In this document: piece after piece, positions 29,792-32,000 of the stretch
How positions within the stretch are numbered: position 1 is the first letter of the stretch
Layout: every line of letters begins with the position of its first letter
NCBI RefSeq assembly: GCF_001457615.1
Contig: NZ_LN831024.1
Coordinates: forward strand, 1,380,001 to 1,412,000
Direction: 5' to 3'
Length of the DNA: 32,000 bases
DNA from: Pseudomonas aeruginosa
GTDB lineage: Bacteria > Pseudomonadota > Gammaproteobacteria > Pseudomonadales > Pseudomonadaceae
The notes under the pieces: generated by a model
What the model saw: the letters and a program-made list of their open reading frames with translations, nothing else
Databases searched by the model: none
What the model was told of the DNA's origin: nothing
Position numbers and translations under genes: made by a program

Positions 29792-30564
29792 GTTTGATCG
29801 ATCCTCGCGCCATCATCGATCCGAGCGCCAGGCTGGCGGCTGACGTCCAGGTGGGCCCGTGGTCCATCGTCGGGGCGGAAGTGGAGATCGGTGAAGGGAC
29901 GGTGATCGGTCCGCACGTGGTGCTCAAGGGCCCCACGAAGATCGGCAAGCACAACCGCATCTACCAGTTTTCCAGCGTCGGCGAGGATACTCCCGACCTG
30001 AAATACAAGGGCGAGCCGACGCGCCTGGTGATCGGTGACCACAACGTGATCCGCGAAGGCGTGACCATCCATCGCGGAACCGTCCAGGATCGCGCGGAAA
30101 CCACCATTGGCGACCACAACCTGATCATGGCCTATGCGCACATCGGCCATGACAGCGTGATCGGCAACCATTGCATCCTGGTGAACAACACGGCGCTGGC
30201 CGGGCATGTCCACGTGGACGACTGGGCGATCCTGTCCGGCTACACCCTGGTGCACCAGTACTGCCGGATCGGCGCGCACAGCTTTTCCGGCATGGGCAGC
30301 GCCATCGGCAAGGACGTCCCGGCCTACGTGACGGTCTTCGGCAACCCGGCCGAAGCCCGCAGCATGAACTTCGAAGGCATGCGTCGGCGCGGCTTCAGCA
30401 GCGAGGCCATCCATGCCCTGCGGCGTGCCTACAAGGTGGTCTATCGCCAGGGACATACCGTCGAGGAAGCCCTGGCCGAGCTGGCCGAAAGCGCTGCCCA
30501 GTTCCCCGAGGTCGCGGTGTTCCGTGATTCCATCCAGAGCGCAACCCGCGGCATCACCCGCTGA
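29788..30564 (+). CDS. lpxA: Acyl-[ACP]-UDP-N-acetylglucosamine O-acyltransferase
   Basis: 258 aa, [53 protein letters not shown]..., with hexapeptide repeats and an ATGA overlap with fabZ. Confidence 0.97.
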   Translation: MSLIDPRAIIDPSARLAADVQVGPWSIVGAEVEIGEGTVIGPHVVLKGPTKIGKHNRIYQFSSVGEDTPDLKYKGEPTRLVIGDHNVIREGVTIHRGTVQDRAETTIGDHNLIMAYAHIGHDSVIGNHCILVNNTALAGHVHVDDWAILSGYTLVHQYCRIGAHSFSGMGSAIGKDVPAYVTVFGNPAEARSMNFEGMRRRGFSSEAIHALRRAYKVVYRQGHTVEEALAELAESAAQFPEVAVFRDSIQSATRGITR

Positions 30565-30567
30565 GCC

Positions 30568-31704
30568 ATGGCTGACGGATTACGCGTAGCCCTGGTCGCC
30601 GGCGAGGCCTCCGGCGACATCCTCGGGTCCGGACTGATGCAGGCGCTGCGGGCGCGGCACCCGGATATCGAGTTCATCGGCGTCGGTGGGCCGCGCATGG
30701 AGGCCGAAGGGCTGTCCAGCTATTTCCCCATGGAGCGCCTGTCGGTGATGGGCCTGGTCGAAGTGCTGGGCAGGCTGCCGGAGTTGTTGCGACGGCGCAA
30801 GCGGCTGATCCGCACGCTCATCGAGGCCCGGCCGGATGTGATGATCGGCATCGATGCTCCCGACTTCACCCTCGGCGTCGAACACAAGCTGCGCCAGGCT
30901 GGCCTGCGCACCGTGCATTACGTCAGCCCTTCGGTATGGGCCTGGCGGCAGAAGCGGGTGCTGAAGATTCGCGAAGCCTGCGACCTGATGCTGGCATTGT
31001 TCCCCTTCGAAGCACGTTTCTACGAAGAGCATGGGGTGCCTGTGCGTTTCGTCGGCCACCCCCTGGCCAACACCATTCCCCTGCAGGCGGATCGCGCTGC
31101 GGCCCGCGCGCGGCTCGGATTGCCGGCGGACGGACAGGTGCTGGCGCTGATGCCGGGCAGTCGCGGCGGCGAGGTCGGCAAGCTCGGCGCCTTGTTCCTC
31201 GACACCGCCCAGCGTCTGCTCGTCGAACGGCCGGGCTTGCGTTTCGTGCTGCCCTGCGCCAGCGCTGCACGGCGCGAACAGATCGAGCAGATGCTCCAGG
31301 GCCGCGAGCCTCTGCCGCTGACGCTGCTCGACGGTGCGTCCCATGAAGCGCTTGCCGCCTGCGATGCGGTGCTGATCGCCTCCGGTACCGCGACCCTCGA
31401 GGCGCTGCTCTACAAGCGGCCCATGGTGGTGGCTTATCGGGTCGCCGGGCTGACGTACCGGATTCTCAAGCGCCTGGTGAAAAGCCCGTACATCTCCCTG
31501 CCGAACCTGTTGGCCGGACGCCTGTTGGTGCCGGAACTGATCCAGGACGCCGCCACCCCGCAAGCGCTAGCCGCAACCCTCTCGCCGCTGCTGGACGACG
31601 GCTCGCAGCAGGTGGAATTCTTCGATGCCATCCATCGGGCCTTGCGCCAGGATGCCTCGGCACAGGCGGCGGAAGCCGTCCTGCAACTGGTGGAGCGCCG
31701 CTGA
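30568..31704 (+). CDS. lpxB: Lipid-A-disaccharide synthase
   Basis: 378 aa, [48 protein letters not shown]..., with [10 protein letters not shown]. Confidence 0.97.
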   Translation: MADGLRVALVAGEASGDILGSGLMQALRARHPDIEFIGVGGPRMEAEGLSSYFPMERLSVMGLVEVLGRLPELLRRRKRLIRTLIEARPDVMIGIDAPDFTLGVEHKLRQAGLRTVHYVSPSVWAWRQKRVLKIREACDLMLALFPFEARFYEEHGVPVRFVGHPLANTIPLQADRAAARARLGLPADGQVLALMPGSRGGEVGKLGALFLDTAQRLLVERPGLRFVLPCASAARREQIEQMLQGREPLPLTLLDGASHEALAACDAVLIASGTATLEALLYKRPMVVAYRVAGLTYRILKRLVKSPYISLPNLLAGRLLVPELIQDAATPQALAATLSPLLDDGSQQVEFFDAIHRALRQDASAQAAEAVLQLVERR

Positions 31705-32000
31705 TGCAACTGGGTCTGGATTTCAATCTGGTGGAGGATCTGGTCGCGGGCGTCGACGAGGTCGGTCGCGGTCCGTTGTGCGGCCCGGTGGTCACCGCCG
31801 CGGTGATTCTCGACCCGAGCCGCCCGATCCTCGGCCTGAACGACTCGAAGAAGCTCAGCGAAGCCCGCCGCGAGGCGCTGTTCGAAGAGATCCGCGAGAA
31901 GGCCCTGGCCTGGTGCATCGCCCGCGCCGAGGTCGAGGAGATCGACCGGCTGAACATTCTGCATGCCACCATGCTCGCCATGCAGCGCGCGGTCGAAGGC
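31704..32000 (+). CDS. rnhB: Ribonuclease HII, N-terminal part (runs off the right edge)
   Basis: ATG at 31704 overlapping the lpxB stop (TGATG). [59 protein letters not shown] is typical RNase HII. Confidence 0.95.
   Translation, partial: MQLGLDFNLVEDLVAGVDEVGRGPLCGPVVTAAVILDPSRPILGLNDSKKLSEARREALFEEIREKALAWCIARAEVEEIDRLNILHATMLAMQRAVEG

Noticed and set aside
1-32000. Mobile element, CRISPR, toxin-antitoxin, phage, defence or secondary-metabolite system
   Set aside because: I saw no direct-repeat arrays, transposase, integrase or phage-like proteins, and no tRNA-adjacent integration signs. Gene content is continuous core housekeeping genes with uniform composition as far as can be judged by eye.

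Overview
This 32 kb high-GC window reads as ordinary Pseudomonas aeruginosa-type core chromosome. From memory it matches the PAO1 gene order around PA3642-PA3673; I have not checked this against a database. The left part holds: the 5' end of plsB (-); a four-gene GldA/GldF/GldG/DUF4340-type ABC exporter cluster (+); sufE-like and csdA-like genes (-); dapD, a LysE-family exporter gene and an ArsC/Spx-like gene (-); a YkgJ-type Cys-cluster protein gene (+); two small uncharacterised genes (-); a Na+/H+ antiporter gene (+); and dapC-glnD and map (-). The right half is a dense + strand cluster of essential genes: rpsB-tsf-pyrH-frr-uppS-cdsA-dxr-rseP-bamA-skp-lpxD-fabZ-lpxA-lpxB-rnhB (partial). I saw no mobile element, CRISPR array, rRNA/tRNA, prophage or defence island, and no convincing evidence for a new biological system. 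The points most worth a second look are the non-glider Gld-like ABC cluster, several leader or intergenic hairpins (rpsB leader, rpsB/tsf, tsf/pyrH, rseP/bamA), a small lipoprotein and a small coiled-coil-like protein, and a palindrome spanning two convergent stop codons. The many long alternative-frame ORFs in the supplied track are best explained by high GC content.
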